Assembly: GCA_964607485.1 (NCBI GenBank)
Contig: CAZSKP010000002.1
Location: 146,620 to 209,257 of the forward strand
DNA length: 62,638 bases
Direction of reading: 5' to 3'
Source of the DNA: an uncultured bacterium
GTDB lineage: Bacteria > Abyssobacteria > SURF-5
Shown: positions 9,550-18,736 of the stretch, in pieces
Layout of the letters: each line of letters starts with the position of its first letter
Numbering within the stretch: the stretch's first letter is position 1
Translations under genes and position numbers: made by a program
Notes under the pieces: generated by a model
What the model was told of the DNA's origin: nothing
The model's database searches: none
Seen by the model: only the letters and a program-made list of their open reading frames with translations

Positions 9550-10794
9550 ATGGCCTTTCATTTTCCCGATGGATTCGTCTGGGGCACCGCTGCGGCGGCG
9601 CATCAGGTCGAAGGCAACAACGTCAACAGCGACTTCTGGCTGTTGGAGCACACTCCCGACACCATTTTCAGGGAACCTTCCGGGGACGCATGCGACCACT
9701 TTCATCTCTACCCGCACGACATAGCGCTGATGGCGCAGCTGGGGTTCGCCTCCTACCGGCTCTCCATCGAATGGGCGCGCATCGAGCCGGAACCCGGATT
9801 CTTCTCCAAAGCCGCGCTCGACCATTACCGCAGAATGCTGGCGTCGTGCCACGAGCATGGCATCATGCCGTGCGTGACGTTTCACCATTTCACTTCGCCC
9901 CGCTGGTTCACAGCCGATGGAGGATGGGAAGACAAGAAGGCCGTGGACCGGTTCGCCAGGTACTGCGAGCGTGCGGCGAAACATCTCGGCGACATGATCG
10001 GAATGGCATGCACCATCAACGAGGCGAACCTCACGCCATCGCTCGCAGTGCGGGGTGTGCTTCCACACGACGGCGTGAAAACGCACGTTCCTTTCTTCGC
10101 CGAAGCCGCACGACGCTGCGGGACGACCCTCGAACGGTTCGGTCCCTTCCTCCTGGGCCATCCCTTCAAAATCCGCGACGTCATGCTCGAAGCCCATGCC
10201 AAAGCTCGCGATGCGCTCAAGGCCGCACCGGGTGACTTCCCGGTGGGAGTCACGCTGTCGATGTCCGATTATCAGGCCGTTCCGGGCGGTGAGGCCGTGC
10301 GCGACAAAGCGTTGGCCGAAGACTTCGACCCGTTCCTCGAGCTCGCGCGACAGGACGATTTCCTGGGAGTTCAAACATACAGCCGGACCAGGTTCGGACC
10401 GGACGGGCCGCTGGGACCGGAGGAAGGGGTGGAAGTGCTGATCATGGGCTATGAGTTCTGGCCGGAGTCGCTGGAGGCAACGATTCGGTATGCCTACGAC
10501 AAGGCGCGCGTTCCCATCCACGTGACCGAGAACGGCATCGGCACGAACGACGACGAACAGCGCATCGAATACGTTCGCCGCGCCCTCGAAGGTGTCGTGT
10601 CTTGTTTGAAGGACGGCCTCGATGTGAGAGGCTATTATTACTGGTCCATGCTGGACAACTTCGAGTGGCTCTTCGGATACGGTCCGCAGTTCGGACTGGT
10701 GGCGGTCGACCGGGAAACCCAGTTGCGGACGGCCAAGCCCAGCGCATTCTACCTGGGCCGGATCGCGAGAGCGAACGCTTTCGGCCCGGAATAG
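9550..10794 (+). CDS. Glycoside hydrolase family 1 (beta-glucosidase)
   Basis: FPDGFVWGTAAAAHQVEG, YRLSIEWARIEP, TINEAN (acid/base), VTENG (nucleophile), WSMLDNFEW; RBS GAAGGAG precedes ATG 9550. Confidence 0.93.
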   Translation: MAFHFPDGFVWGTAAAAHQVEGNNVNSDFWLLEHTPDTIFREPSGDACDHFHLYPHDIALMAQLGFASYRLSIEWARIEPEPGFFSKAALDHYRRMLASCHEHGIMPCVTFHHFTSPRWFTADGGWEDKKAVDRFARYCERAAKHLGDMIGMACTINEANLTPSLAVRGVLPHDGVKTHVPFFAEAARRCGTTLERFGPFLLGHPFKIRDVMLEAHAKARDALKAAPGDFPVGVTLSMSDYQAVPGGEAVRDKALAEDFDPFLELARQDDFLGVQTYSRTRFGPDGPLGPEEGVEVLIMGYEFWPESLEATIRYAYDKARVPIHVTENGIGTNDDEQRIEYVRRALEGVVSCLKDGLDVRGYYYWSMLDNFEWLFGYGPQFGLVAVDRETQLRTAKPSAFYLGRIARANAFGPE

Positions 10795-10942
10795 AGTAAT
10801 GCGTGCCCGCGAAGGTCACACTGAATTCCGGTGACGGGATGGGGAAATAGACCACCCTGTGGTCATCCGTACCCTCCCCCGACCGGCCTGCCGACTCGAA
10901 TCCATGTAACTGCAGCCGAATCTCGCTCATTCGCTTTTACCC

Positions 10943-10975
10943 TTGACAACTGTACATATGTTCAGTATAATACTG
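10943..10975 (+). promoter_or_regulatory. Consensus sigma70 promoter with a LexA-box-like operator in the spacer
   Basis: TTGACA (10943-48), 17 bp, TATAAT (10966-71). The spacer contains CTGTACATATGTTCAG (10950-65), and CAGTAT-A-ATACTG overlaps the -10. Confidence 0.85.
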
Positions 10976-10991
10976 TAAAGGGGGTGAGCCC

Positions 10992-11600
10992 ATGCGGCCA
11001 CAACTGACGAACCGGCAGAAAGAGGTGCTAGGGTTCATAAGGGATTTCGCGAGCGAGAACGGCTACTCCCCGACCGTGCGGGAGATGTGCGACCATTTCG
11101 GCATCCAGCCCCAGGCGGCCGCCGACCACGTAAATGCGCTGATAAGAAAGGGTTACCTCGCAAAACGGCCGATGAAATCGCGCTCGCTGGAGGTCATCGG
11201 GTTCAGCCGGCGCGACCGCGCGGAGGTGCCCATCGTTGGCAGGGTGGCCGCCGGCGAGCCCATCCTGGCGGATGAGAACATCGAGGGCGCGGTGACGCTG
11301 CCCGCCGGCTGGGTGCGGGAGAAAAACTGCTTCATGGTCCGGGTCGAGGGCGACAGCATGGTCGATGCGCACATATGCGACGGCGACTATGTGCTCGTCA
11401 GGCAGCAGCCGACGGCCGAGAACGGCGACATCGTGGTCGCGCTCCTCGACGACGAGGCGACGGTCAAGCGTTTTTTCGCCAAAAAAGGGAGCATCGTCTT
11501 GCAGCCGGAGAATGAGCGCATGAAACCCATTGTGGTCAAAAAGGGCGACAAGTCCATGCGCATCATCGGAAAGGTCGTGGGAGTATGCCGCATCATATGA
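10992..11600 (+). CDS. lexA: SOS repressor LexA
   Basis: wHTH PTVREMCDHFG...HVNALIRKGY, Ala-Gly cleavage site VAAGEP, catalytic GDSM and TVKR. Confidence 0.95.
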   Translation: MRPQLTNRQKEVLGFIRDFASENGYSPTVREMCDHFGIQPQAAADHVNALIRKGYLAKRPMKSRSLEVIGFSRRDRAEVPIVGRVAAGEPILADENIEGAVTLPAGWVREKNCFMVRVEGDSMVDAHICDGDYVLVRQQPTAENGDIVVALLDDEATVKRFFAKKGSIVLQPENERMKPIVVKKGDKSMRIIGKVVGVCRII

Positions 11601-12265
11601 CGCCACCGGCGGAGAGTCCGCTCGGGCGAATCTGCGCCGACCTCGACATCGCCAGGGAATCGGGCAGCATCGTCCTCGCCCACGGCACGCCCGCGCCTTC
11701 CGTCACCTACCTCGCGCTCTACATGGCATTCGTGGGAGCGGCCCATGAAGAATCGGTCGTGTACCTGGACGGCGCCAACTCCTTCGACGCCTACCTCGTG
11801 GCGAAGATGGCGCGGAGGGCTGGCCTTGAGCCTCGGGAAACCCTGAGCCGGATTCATCTCTCGCGCGCCTTCACGTGCCACCAGATGGAGGCGCTCGTGC
11901 TGGAGCGATTGGCGGGCGCGCTCCGCAAGTTGAACACGCCCATCGCCGTCATATCCGGCCTGCTCGACACGTTCTACGACGAAGACGTGCCGTTCGGCGA
12001 GGCGCACAGCGTGCTCAAAACGACGGTGGCGGAGCTCGTGCGGCTGGCCGGACGCGGCGCCCGCATCCTGCTCGCCTGTCCCGACACACATCTTCCCGTC
12101 GGGCCGAAACAGCGGCGATTCGTGAATCTATTGAAAAAGCATTCCGACAAAGTGCTCCGGAGCGAGGGCAGTAACGGGCAGACCGGTTTCGCCCTGGAAA
12201 AGCCGTACAGGAAGGAATACGGCCTGCTTGAAATTCCCGAGCTTCCTCGGCATCAATGGAGGTGA
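11597..12265 (+). CDS. Inactivated RadA/RecA-fold protein (ImuA-like) of the PolB2 cassette
   Basis: VVYLDGANSFD...IHLSRAFTCHQM resembles the RadA core but has no GKT Walker A; ATGA overlap with the lexA stop. Confidence 0.75.
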   Translation: MTPPAESPLGRICADLDIARESGSIVLAHGTPAPSVTYLALYMAFVGAAHEESVVYLDGANSFDAYLVAKMARRAGLEPRETLSRIHLSRAFTCHQMEALVLERLAGALRKLNTPIAVISGLLDTFYDEDVPFGEAHSVLKTTVAELVRLAGRGARILLACPDTHLPVGPKQRRFVNLLKKHSDKVLRSEGSNGQTGFALEKPYRKEYGLLEIPELPRHQWR

Positions 12266-12270
12266 GAGCG

Positions 12271-12537
12271 GTGGGAAGAACGATTCTGCCCATTGCGCAG
12301 ACCATACAGCAGGAACGGGAGGAATGGGCGAAGTTTCGCCGCGCGCTCCGCAAGGGCGACCAGCAGGCGTTCGATGAGCTGTTCGAGGCCGCACGATACC
12401 ACGCAGCCGCGTGCGCATATGCGTCGCGTCCGATCCCCATGGAATCGATCCTCGTGTCCATCCTGCTCGAGCATCAGAAAATGATTACGGCGCTCCGGAA
12501 GCGGGTCGTCGAACTGGAAAACAGGAAACAGGAATAG
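12271..12537 (+). CDS. Small helical PolB2-associated protein
   Basis: (M)GRTI...EWAKFRRALRKGDQQAFDELF...PMESILVSILLE; GGAGG RBS before GTG; lies between the RadA-like gene and polB, as in known PolB2 operons. Confidence 0.75.
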   Translation: MGRTILPIAQTIQQEREEWAKFRRALRKGDQQAFDELFEAARYHAAACAYASRPIPMESILVSILLEHQKMITALRKRVVELENRKQE

Positions 12538-12587
12538 CTCTCCCTTGCCTCATTCTTTTCCCTTCATCCATCAAATGGAGTACCGCA

Positions 12588-14771
12588 ATGACACTCAAGG
12601 GCTGGCTCTTCGACCTCTACACCGCCAGGGGCGGGATGACGCTGTGGCTGATAGGCACCGACGGCGGGCGCGTCCAGCTCACCGCCCCTTACCGGCCGTC
12701 GTTCTACGTCGGCGGGTCGTCGCGCGTTCTGAAACACATACGGCAAATGCTCCGACACAGCAGGGCGCCCGCGTCGGTCTCACAGGTGGAACGTCGGGAC
12801 ATCTGGACCGGCCGGATGATTCCAGTCTTGCGTGTGAGCGTGGACACACGCAGCTTTAACTCGGTCGTGAGACTGGTCTCCCGGCTCGACGGCGCGGAAG
12901 CGTACAACTGCGACATCCCGTTGGACCGGCTCTACCTTTATGAAACGGACCTCTTCCCGCTGGCGCTCTGTGAGGTCGAGTGCTCCGGAGACGGAACGGT
13001 TGCGTCCATCCGCGCGTCCGATTCTCCGTGGGAAATCGACTACCCCCTGCCGCCGCTCGTGGTGCTCAAGCTGTCCGTGGACGCACACGGCGCGAACCCG
13101 AACTACGGCGGCGGCAGGTGCGGGCTGAGGGTCGAGATCGACGGCACGGAGTATGCGCTGGAGGGCGCCGAACTGCTGGACACGCTCGAGGGCATGCTCG
13201 CGAGGTATGACCCCGACATCATCCTGACCGAGTGGGGCGACTCGTTCATCATGCCCCAGCTCGTGGACCTGGCCCGCAGGCAGGAACATCCCCTCTCCCT
13301 CAACCGGGACCCCAGTCGTGCAATCGTCACGCGGCGGGGAACATCGTACTTTTCGTATGGCCGGATCATCTATCGCGCCCCTGCGCGAACGCTCTTCGGG
13401 CGGTGGCATATCGACTTCAAGAACTCGTTCTTCGCGGCGGAGACGAAGCTCGAAGGACTGTTCGAGGTGGCCCGCCTGACGAAAATTCCCGTCCAACGTC
13501 TCGCCCGAACCTCGCCCGGCACCGGCATCTCCTCGATGCAGCTCGCCACGGCCGTGCAGGACGGCACACTCATCCCGTGGCGCAAGCGGCGTCCCGAAGA
13601 CTTCAAGACAGCCGCCGAGCTGCTCACCAGCGACAAGGGCGGGCTCGTGTACCTTCCGCAGCCCGGTGTGTATGACGATGTCATGGAGATAGACTTCGCC
13701 TCCATGTATCCGGCGATCATGGCGCGCCACAACATCTCGCCGGAGACGATCAACTGCGACTGTTGCGAGCACGAGCCCGTGCCGGAGGTCGGGTATCACC
13801 TGTGCCGACGCCGACGGGGGCTGGTGCCGCGCGTGCTCGAGCCGATTTTGAAAAAGCGCCGCATCTACAAGGAGTTGTCGCAGCGAGCGAAGGACGCCGA
13901 GGTGAAGCGGGTGTATTCGATGCGGCAGACGGCGCTCAAGTGGCTACTGGTCACCTGCTTCGGATACCTGGGATATCGCAACGCGCGCTATGGCAGGATC
14001 GAGGCGCACGAGGCGGTGACTGCCTTCGGGCGCGAGAAGCTGCTTCAGGCGAAGGAAATCGCCGAACGCCGGGGCTTCGAGGTGATACACGCAATCGTCG
14101 ATTCGCTCTGGGTGCGGAAAGACGACATGACGCACGGCGACCGGGAAGGACTTCTCAGCGAGATATCCAATGCGGTCGGAATACCCATCGCGGTCGAGGG
14201 ACACTACCGCTGGATCGCATTCGTGCCGTCGCGGACGGCGCCGAACCTCGCGGTCGCAAACCGGTTCTTCGGCCTGTTCGACGACGGCGGAATGAAAATA
14301 CGCGGGCTCGAGGTGCGCCGGTCGGACATGCCGCCAATTGTGAGGAACATGCAGACGGAGATGCTAAAAATTCTCTCGACCGCATCGAACGCCGAGGAGT
14401 TTCAGCAAAAGACGCCCGAGGTAATGGAAATCCTCAGGAGGTATCTCGCGATGCTCAGGCGCGGCGACGTGCCGCCGGAAGAGCTGGTCATAGCGCAGCG
14501 GCTCTCAAAAGAGCCGTCCACCTACAAGACGAACACCGCGATGGCCGCCGCCAGCCGGGCGCTGCTCGCCTCCGGCGCAAAGCCCAATCCGGGCGAGAGG
14601 GTTCGCCTGATAATCGTGGACTCCCGCGCCACCGACCAGGCCACAAAGGCAATACCCTACACCGCCGGCACGAGCAGCATCGACGCCTACGACGCCGACA
14701 AATACGCCGAACTCCTGCTCCGAGCCGCAGAGAGCATCCTGCTCCACCCAATCGAGAAGACAGAACTATAA
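12588..14771 (+). CDS. Family B DNA polymerase, PolB2 type
   Basis: Motif A DFASMYP, motif B RQTALKWLLVTCFGYLG, motif C variant HAIVDSLW (canonical YGDTDS), KIRGLEVRRSD; exonuclease region looks degenerate. Confidence 0.9.
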   Translation: MTLKGWLFDLYTARGGMTLWLIGTDGGRVQLTAPYRPSFYVGGSSRVLKHIRQMLRHSRAPASVSQVERRDIWTGRMIPVLRVSVDTRSFNSVVRLVSRLDGAEAYNCDIPLDRLYLYETDLFPLALCEVECSGDGTVASIRASDSPWEIDYPLPPLVVLKLSVDAHGANPNYGGGRCGLRVEIDGTEYALEGAELLDTLEGMLARYDPDIILTEWGDSFIMPQLVDLARRQEHPLSLNRDPSRAIVTRRGTSYFSYGRIIYRAPARTLFGRWHIDFKNSFFAAETKLEGLFEVARLTKIPVQRLARTSPGTGISSMQLATAVQDGTLIPWRKRRPEDFKTAAELLTSDKGGLVYLPQPGVYDDVMEIDFASMYPAIMARHNISPETINCDCCEHEPVPEVGYHLCRRRRGLVPRVLEPILKKRRIYKELSQRAKDAEVKRVYSMRQTALKWLLVTCFGYLGYRNARYGRIEAHEAVTAFGREKLLQAKEIAERRGFEVIHAIVDSLWVRKDDMTHGDREGLLSEISNAVGIPIAVEGHYRWIAFVPSRTAPNLAVANRFFGLFDDGGMKIRGLEVRRSDMPPIVRNMQTEMLKILSTASNAEEFQQKTPEVMEILRRYLAMLRRGDVPPEELVIAQRLSKEPSTYKTNTAMAAASRALLASGAKPNPGERVRLIIVDSRATDQATKAIPYTAGTSSIDAYDADKYAELLLRAAESILLHPIEKTEL

Positions 14772-14820
14772 CAGCCTGCTGCCCGAATGATTCCTCACCC
14801 AACGACGATTCCCCTGTCTC

Positions 14821-14919
14821 GTCATTGCGAGGAGTAACGCGACGAAGCAATCCCGACGGCAAAGGGCAACCGCCTCCGAGATTGCTTCGGTCGAGTCTGT
14901 GACTCTCCCTCGCAATGAC
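14821..14919. repeat. Nested palindromic element (REP/RPE-like)
   Basis: Outer arms GTCATTGCGAGG / CCTCGCAATGAC; inner arms GAAGCAATC (14844-52) / GATTGCTTC (14880-88). Confidence 0.8.
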
Positions 14920-15113
14920 TCCGAATCGTCTGGGCAACAGGCCTTAAAAGAAAAGCGGCCTTCAGCCGCCGGGCATTATTGACTCACGAGGAAAGGAATC
15001 CGGGTGATGTGTACAGGCGAGAACTCAGGAAACTGCAGGAGGCGCGGTTGAGCCAATCGCAACCGGCCCGCTCCACAGAGACTTACAAGCAAACTCCTTC
15101 CAAGAATCAACTA

Positions 15114-15192
15114 TGGGGTGAGCGACGGGATTTGAACCCGCGGCCCCCAGGGCCACAACCTGGTGCTCTTACCGGACTGAGCTACGCCCACC
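15114..15192 (-). tRNA. tRNA-His (GUG)
   Basis: GGTGGGCGTAGCTCAG...TT-GTG-GC...GGTTCAAATCC...CTCACCCCA; cloverleaf with G-1:C73 and encoded CCA. Confidence 0.96.
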
Positions 15193-15264
15193 ATTCACGA
15201 TGCCGGCGAATCCGGGTCGCCTGAAAGCACGCGTAGGCGGCCTCGATTTCACGGGTCATCGTCG

Positions 15265-15338
15265 CGCGCCAGGGGGGAATCGAACCCTCAACCTACGGCT
15301 TAGAAGGCCGTTGCTCTATCCGATTGAGCTACTGGCGC
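15265..15338 (-). tRNA. tRNA-Arg (UCU)
   Basis: GCGCCAGTAGCTCAATCGGATAGAGC...CT-TCT-AA...GGTTCGATTCC...CTGGCGCG; CCA not encoded. Confidence 0.93.
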
Positions 15339-15414
15339 ACAATCGCCACCGGAAAGATGCAGCGCCGCCCCCCTGTGCCATAAACAAAAGGGCCGCCGCC
15401 AGTTTTACGGTTGA

Positions 15415-15444
15415 ATTATACTGTGCGGCGGCCCAAAAAGTCAA
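15415..15444 (-). promoter_or_regulatory. Probable promoter of the tRNA pair
   Basis: TTGACT-18 bp-TATAAT on the minus strand. Confidence 0.6.
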
Positions 15445-15483
15445 CAAACGAGCTGCCTGAGTTCTTTTCAGCGGAACAAGCGC

Positions 15484-15512
15484 TTGAATTCGGCTCCCAC
15501 TGATGCTATAAT
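15484..15512 (+). promoter_or_regulatory. Divergent sigma70 promoter
   Basis: TTGAAT-17 bp-TATAAT with extended -10 TG. Confidence 0.6.
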
Positions 15513-15885
15513 TGCCTCTGACAGAATAGTTTCCGCCCTTGAGAAAATTTATTTCGAACGCTCATGAGCGTGAGCTTTCACCGTCAGATCGTCACAATGA
15601 ATCCTATGACGGTCAGATAAAGCATCAATATTACCAGAGACAATATTATCTGAGCATCATATATATTAGTAAGTATCTTCATTTCATCATCCCCTTGCAT
15701 AGCGCCGGGGAAGACGCTTTCGCTTTTCTCAGCCCCGAAATGATTTGCGTGTCAAAAGCCTGACATCGCATCATCTTCTCTTATATAATTTTGTCACCGG
15801 AATATCCTTGAGTCAAGGCGCTGCGAGCCCGATAGGCCGCCTGCGACGGTACCAGCGCCCGGCTCCACATGAACAGGAGACCAGA

Positions 15886-16533
15886 ATGTTTCGTGTCAGA
15901 TCGAGGCTTCAATTGTTGTCACTTCTGTCCCCGCTGCTCTTTGTTGTTTCCTGCGCGGGAGGGATGTCTTTCAGAAAACACGCCGAGGTGCCCGAGGACA
16001 AGATCGCCGTTCTCGCCGAGCAGATAGAAGAGGTCGTGCTGAACACTCGCCTGGACCAGCCGACCGCTTCGGATTACAGCGTGGATAAACAAACCGGCGA
16101 AGTCGTCGGAGACCTGGAGCCCATGAGCCTCATCATCAGCACCGACGACATCCGGCGCAAAGTGCCGGCCCTGGCCGACCTCCACGCGGACAACGAAATC
16201 ATGCTGGCGGCGATACGCGGCAGGGTCCTGCGGCGGCAGGCGGTGCAGCAGTTCGAGCAAGAGGGATGCCTCGGCGAGAATCAGCGGGGATTGCTGCAGA
16301 ACATAGAGAGCGACCTGTGCGCGGAGGACCGCCATCTGAGGGACCGAGCGGCGTACATCGTTCTGGTGGAGAACCGCGACAGGCGCTCCATCTACGAGCA
16401 GGTGATCGAGGCGGTCGGTCTCAGCCGCTCCGACCTGAATCGAATCGGCGAGATCTTTGCCGAGCAAATTTACAAAAAGTCATGGGCCGGCACACCCCTT
16501 CAGATGCCCGACGGGTCGTGGCAGAGGAGATAA
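15886..16533 (+). CDS. Lipoprotein with DUF1318 (YdbL-like) domain
   Basis: Signal peptide ending VVSC; GCLGENQRGLL...ENRDRRSIY...QMPDGSW pattern; AGGAG RBS. Confidence 0.7.
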   Translation: MFRVRSRLQLLSLLSPLLFVVSCAGGMSFRKHAEVPEDKIAVLAEQIEEVVLNTRLDQPTASDYSVDKQTGEVVGDLEPMSLIISTDDIRRKVPALADLHADNEIMLAAIRGRVLRRQAVQQFEQEGCLGENQRGLLQNIESDLCAEDRHLRDRAAYIVLVENRDRRSIYEQVIEAVGLSRSDLNRIGEIFAEQIYKKSWAGTPLQMPDGSWQRR

Positions 16534-16535
16534 CC

Positions 16536-17552
16536 TTGACGCACGTGGGCGACATCGGCGAGTTTGAACTCATCAAGCTTGTGACCGACGAGCTTGCCAA
16601 TGATTCGCGGACGATTGTCGGCGTGGGCGACGACTGCTCGGTGTACGAGGTTGCCAAGGGACGCTACGTTCTGGCCACCTGCGACATGCTGATAGAGGAC
16701 GTGCACTTCTCCAGAAAGACGGCCTCGGCGTTCCTCATCGGGTGCAAGGCGATGGCCTGCAGCCTGAGCGACATCGCCGCCATGGGAGGCCGCCCGCTGT
16801 TCGCGCTGATTTCGCTCGGGCTGCCCGAGACGACGCCCGAAGAATTCGTGCAGGACCTCTACGTCGGCATTCGGTCGATGTGCCGGGATTATCAGGTGGT
16901 GCTCGTCGGAGGCGACACGGTGCTCTCGCCCGACAGGGTCGTGATAAACATCTCGATGCTCGGGGAGTGTCCGAAAGGGAAGTTCATCCTCCGCTCAGGG
17001 GCGAAGTCGGGCGACGCGCTGCTCGTCACCGGCTGCCTGGGCGATTCCGCCGCCGGGCTCGCTCTGCTCAGCGGGAAGGCATCCGAGCCCGACGTCGAGC
17101 GAAGGAGCCAGCTCATAGAGGCCCACCTGGCGCCCGAGCCCCGCTGCGCGCAAGGAATGTTTCTGGCCGAGAATTTCGGCGTGCACTCGATGATAGACAT
17201 AAGCGACGGCCTCGCGGGCGACCTGGCGCACATCTGCGAGAGCAGCAAGCTGGGCGCGCGCATCCGGGCCGACAAGATCCCCGTTTCCGAAACGCTCAAA
17301 CAATTCTGCAAGAGCGCGCGAATCGACCCGCTCGAATATGCGCTCGCGGGCGGCGAGGACTACGAGCTGCTCTTCACGCTCTCCCCGAAGGAAACCGAGC
17401 GACTCTTGCAAGCGTGGCCGGAGGAATTCGAGGTCCCGCTCGCTCAGATAGGCAAAATGGACAAGGCCGTCCGGGGAATCCGTCTTACGTCGGAGGACGG
17501 AGCCGAGCGGTCCCTCGATGTCCGGTCGTACGAACACTTCAAGAAACGCTGA
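16536..17552 (+). CDS. thiL: Thiamine-monophosphate kinase
   Basis: GEFELI, GVGDDC, DMLIEDVHF, SDIAAMGG, GGDT, DISDGL, GGEDYELLFT; TTG start. Confidence 0.93.
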   Translation: MTHVGDIGEFELIKLVTDELANDSRTIVGVGDDCSVYEVAKGRYVLATCDMLIEDVHFSRKTASAFLIGCKAMACSLSDIAAMGGRPLFALISLGLPETTPEEFVQDLYVGIRSMCRDYQVVLVGGDTVLSPDRVVINISMLGECPKGKFILRSGAKSGDALLVTGCLGDSAAGLALLSGKASEPDVERRSQLIEAHLAPEPRCAQGMFLAENFGVHSMIDISDGLAGDLAHICESSKLGARIRADKIPVSETLKQFCKSARIDPLEYALAGGEDYELLFTLSPKETERLLQAWPEEFEVPLAQIGKMDKAVRGIRLTSEDGAERSLDVRSYEHFKKR

Positions 17553-17562
17553 CTCCCGCGTC

Positions 17563-18504
17563 ATGAAAGACCTGCTCCTTCAACTCTCCGCCTCGATAAG
17601 AAATTCCGTGCGGTCATGGGTGCTCGAAGCGAGGGGCGGAGAGGTCGTCGGCCGCGCCCACAGCGGCGATGCGACGTTCAAGATAGACGAAATTGCCGAA
17701 CAGCACCTGGCCAAATTCCTCAAGGACGCGGGGCAGTCGGTCGCCTGCTTCTCCGAAGACAAGGGGCTCGTCATGCCGCCGGCGGGTAAGGCCGAGTGGC
17801 TGCTTGTCGTCGATCCCATCGACGGAAGCCGAAACGCAAAGAGCGGGTTCGAGGCGTGCATGGTCTCCGTCGCGCTCGCGAGATATTCGGAGCGCCCGAC
17901 GCTGGCCGACGTCACGCACGGCCTCCTGCGCGAGATAGTGGGCGAACGCGTGTTCTACGCCGAAAAGGGCCGGCCCGTCGAGATACTGGTCGGCGACGCT
18001 CTCAACCGGCCCGCGCTCTCCAGCACCGCCGACCTCGGCCTGCTCAGGTGGAGTCTGACGATGCCCGGCAGGCCCGCGTCGCTCGTGTTTGGCGTGATGG
18101 CCGACCTTGTCGACGCCTCGTCGGTCACGGGCGGATTCTTCTCGTGCAACAGCACCTGCTACTCAATCAGCCGCGTACTCACCGGCCAGCTCGATGCATA
18201 CGTGGACATCGCCAACCGCATCCTGCGCGATCTTCCGCAGGCCGAGACAAAATTCCGAAGCATCGCCCACGGACGCCTGACGGGCTTCAGCTCGTACGAC
18301 ATCGCGGCGGCGCACCTGATGGCCAGGCAGGCGGGCGTCGTCATCAGCGACGCCTACGGCGAGCCGCTCGACGACATGGAACTTCTCGACACGTCGCCCG
18401 CCAACCTGCGCTCGTGCGTGGCCGCGTCGAACAAGTCGCTGCACGCGAAGCTGCTCGCCTACATCGAAGAACACATGAAATTGTTCCAACTCCCGAAGGG
18501 CTGA
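17563..18504 (+). CDS. Inositol monophosphatase / FBPase-family phosphatase
   Basis: FSED, VVDPIDGSRN, YDIAAA...AG motifs. Confidence 0.85.
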   Translation: MKDLLLQLSASIRNSVRSWVLEARGGEVVGRAHSGDATFKIDEIAEQHLAKFLKDAGQSVACFSEDKGLVMPPAGKAEWLLVVDPIDGSRNAKSGFEACMVSVALARYSERPTLADVTHGLLREIVGERVFYAEKGRPVEILVGDALNRPALSSTADLGLLRWSLTMPGRPASLVFGVMADLVDASSVTGGFFSCNSTCYSISRVLTGQLDAYVDIANRILRDLPQAETKFRSIAHGRLTGFSSYDIAAAHLMARQAGVVISDAYGEPLDDMELLDTSPANLRSCVAASNKSLHAKLLAYIEEHMKLFQLPKG

Positions 18505-18505
18505 C

Positions 18506-18736
18506 ATGGATATGCGCGCGGAAATAGCGAAATTCCTGATGGTCATCGGCGCGGTCGTATTCGCCGTCGGGCTGATCGTGCTGCTGGCGCCGAAGATTCC
18601 GTGGATAGGCCGGCTGCCGGGCGACATCGACTTCAAGGGCAAGAACTTCCGAATCTACTTCCCCATCATCACCTGCATCGTCCTCAGCATCCTGCTCACA
18701 ATCCTGCTGAACCTGATAAACATCTTCAGACGATGA
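18506..18736 (+). CDS. DUF2905 small membrane protein
   Basis: GRLPGDI...FYFPI-like signature (GRLPGDIDFKGKNFRIYFPIITCI) between two TM helices. Confidence 0.85.
   Translation: MDMRAEIAKFLMVIGAVVFAVGLIVLLAPKIPWIGRLPGDIDFKGKNFRIYFPIITCIVLSILLTILLNLINIFRR

Noticed and set aside
10442-10930. Minus-strand ORF divergent from lexA
   Set aside because: It overlaps the GH1 gene for most of its length and has no recognisable domain.
9550-15113. Genomic island integrated at the tRNA-His/Arg 3' end
   Set aside because: I found no integrase, no duplicated tRNA 3' end and no clear compositional shift.
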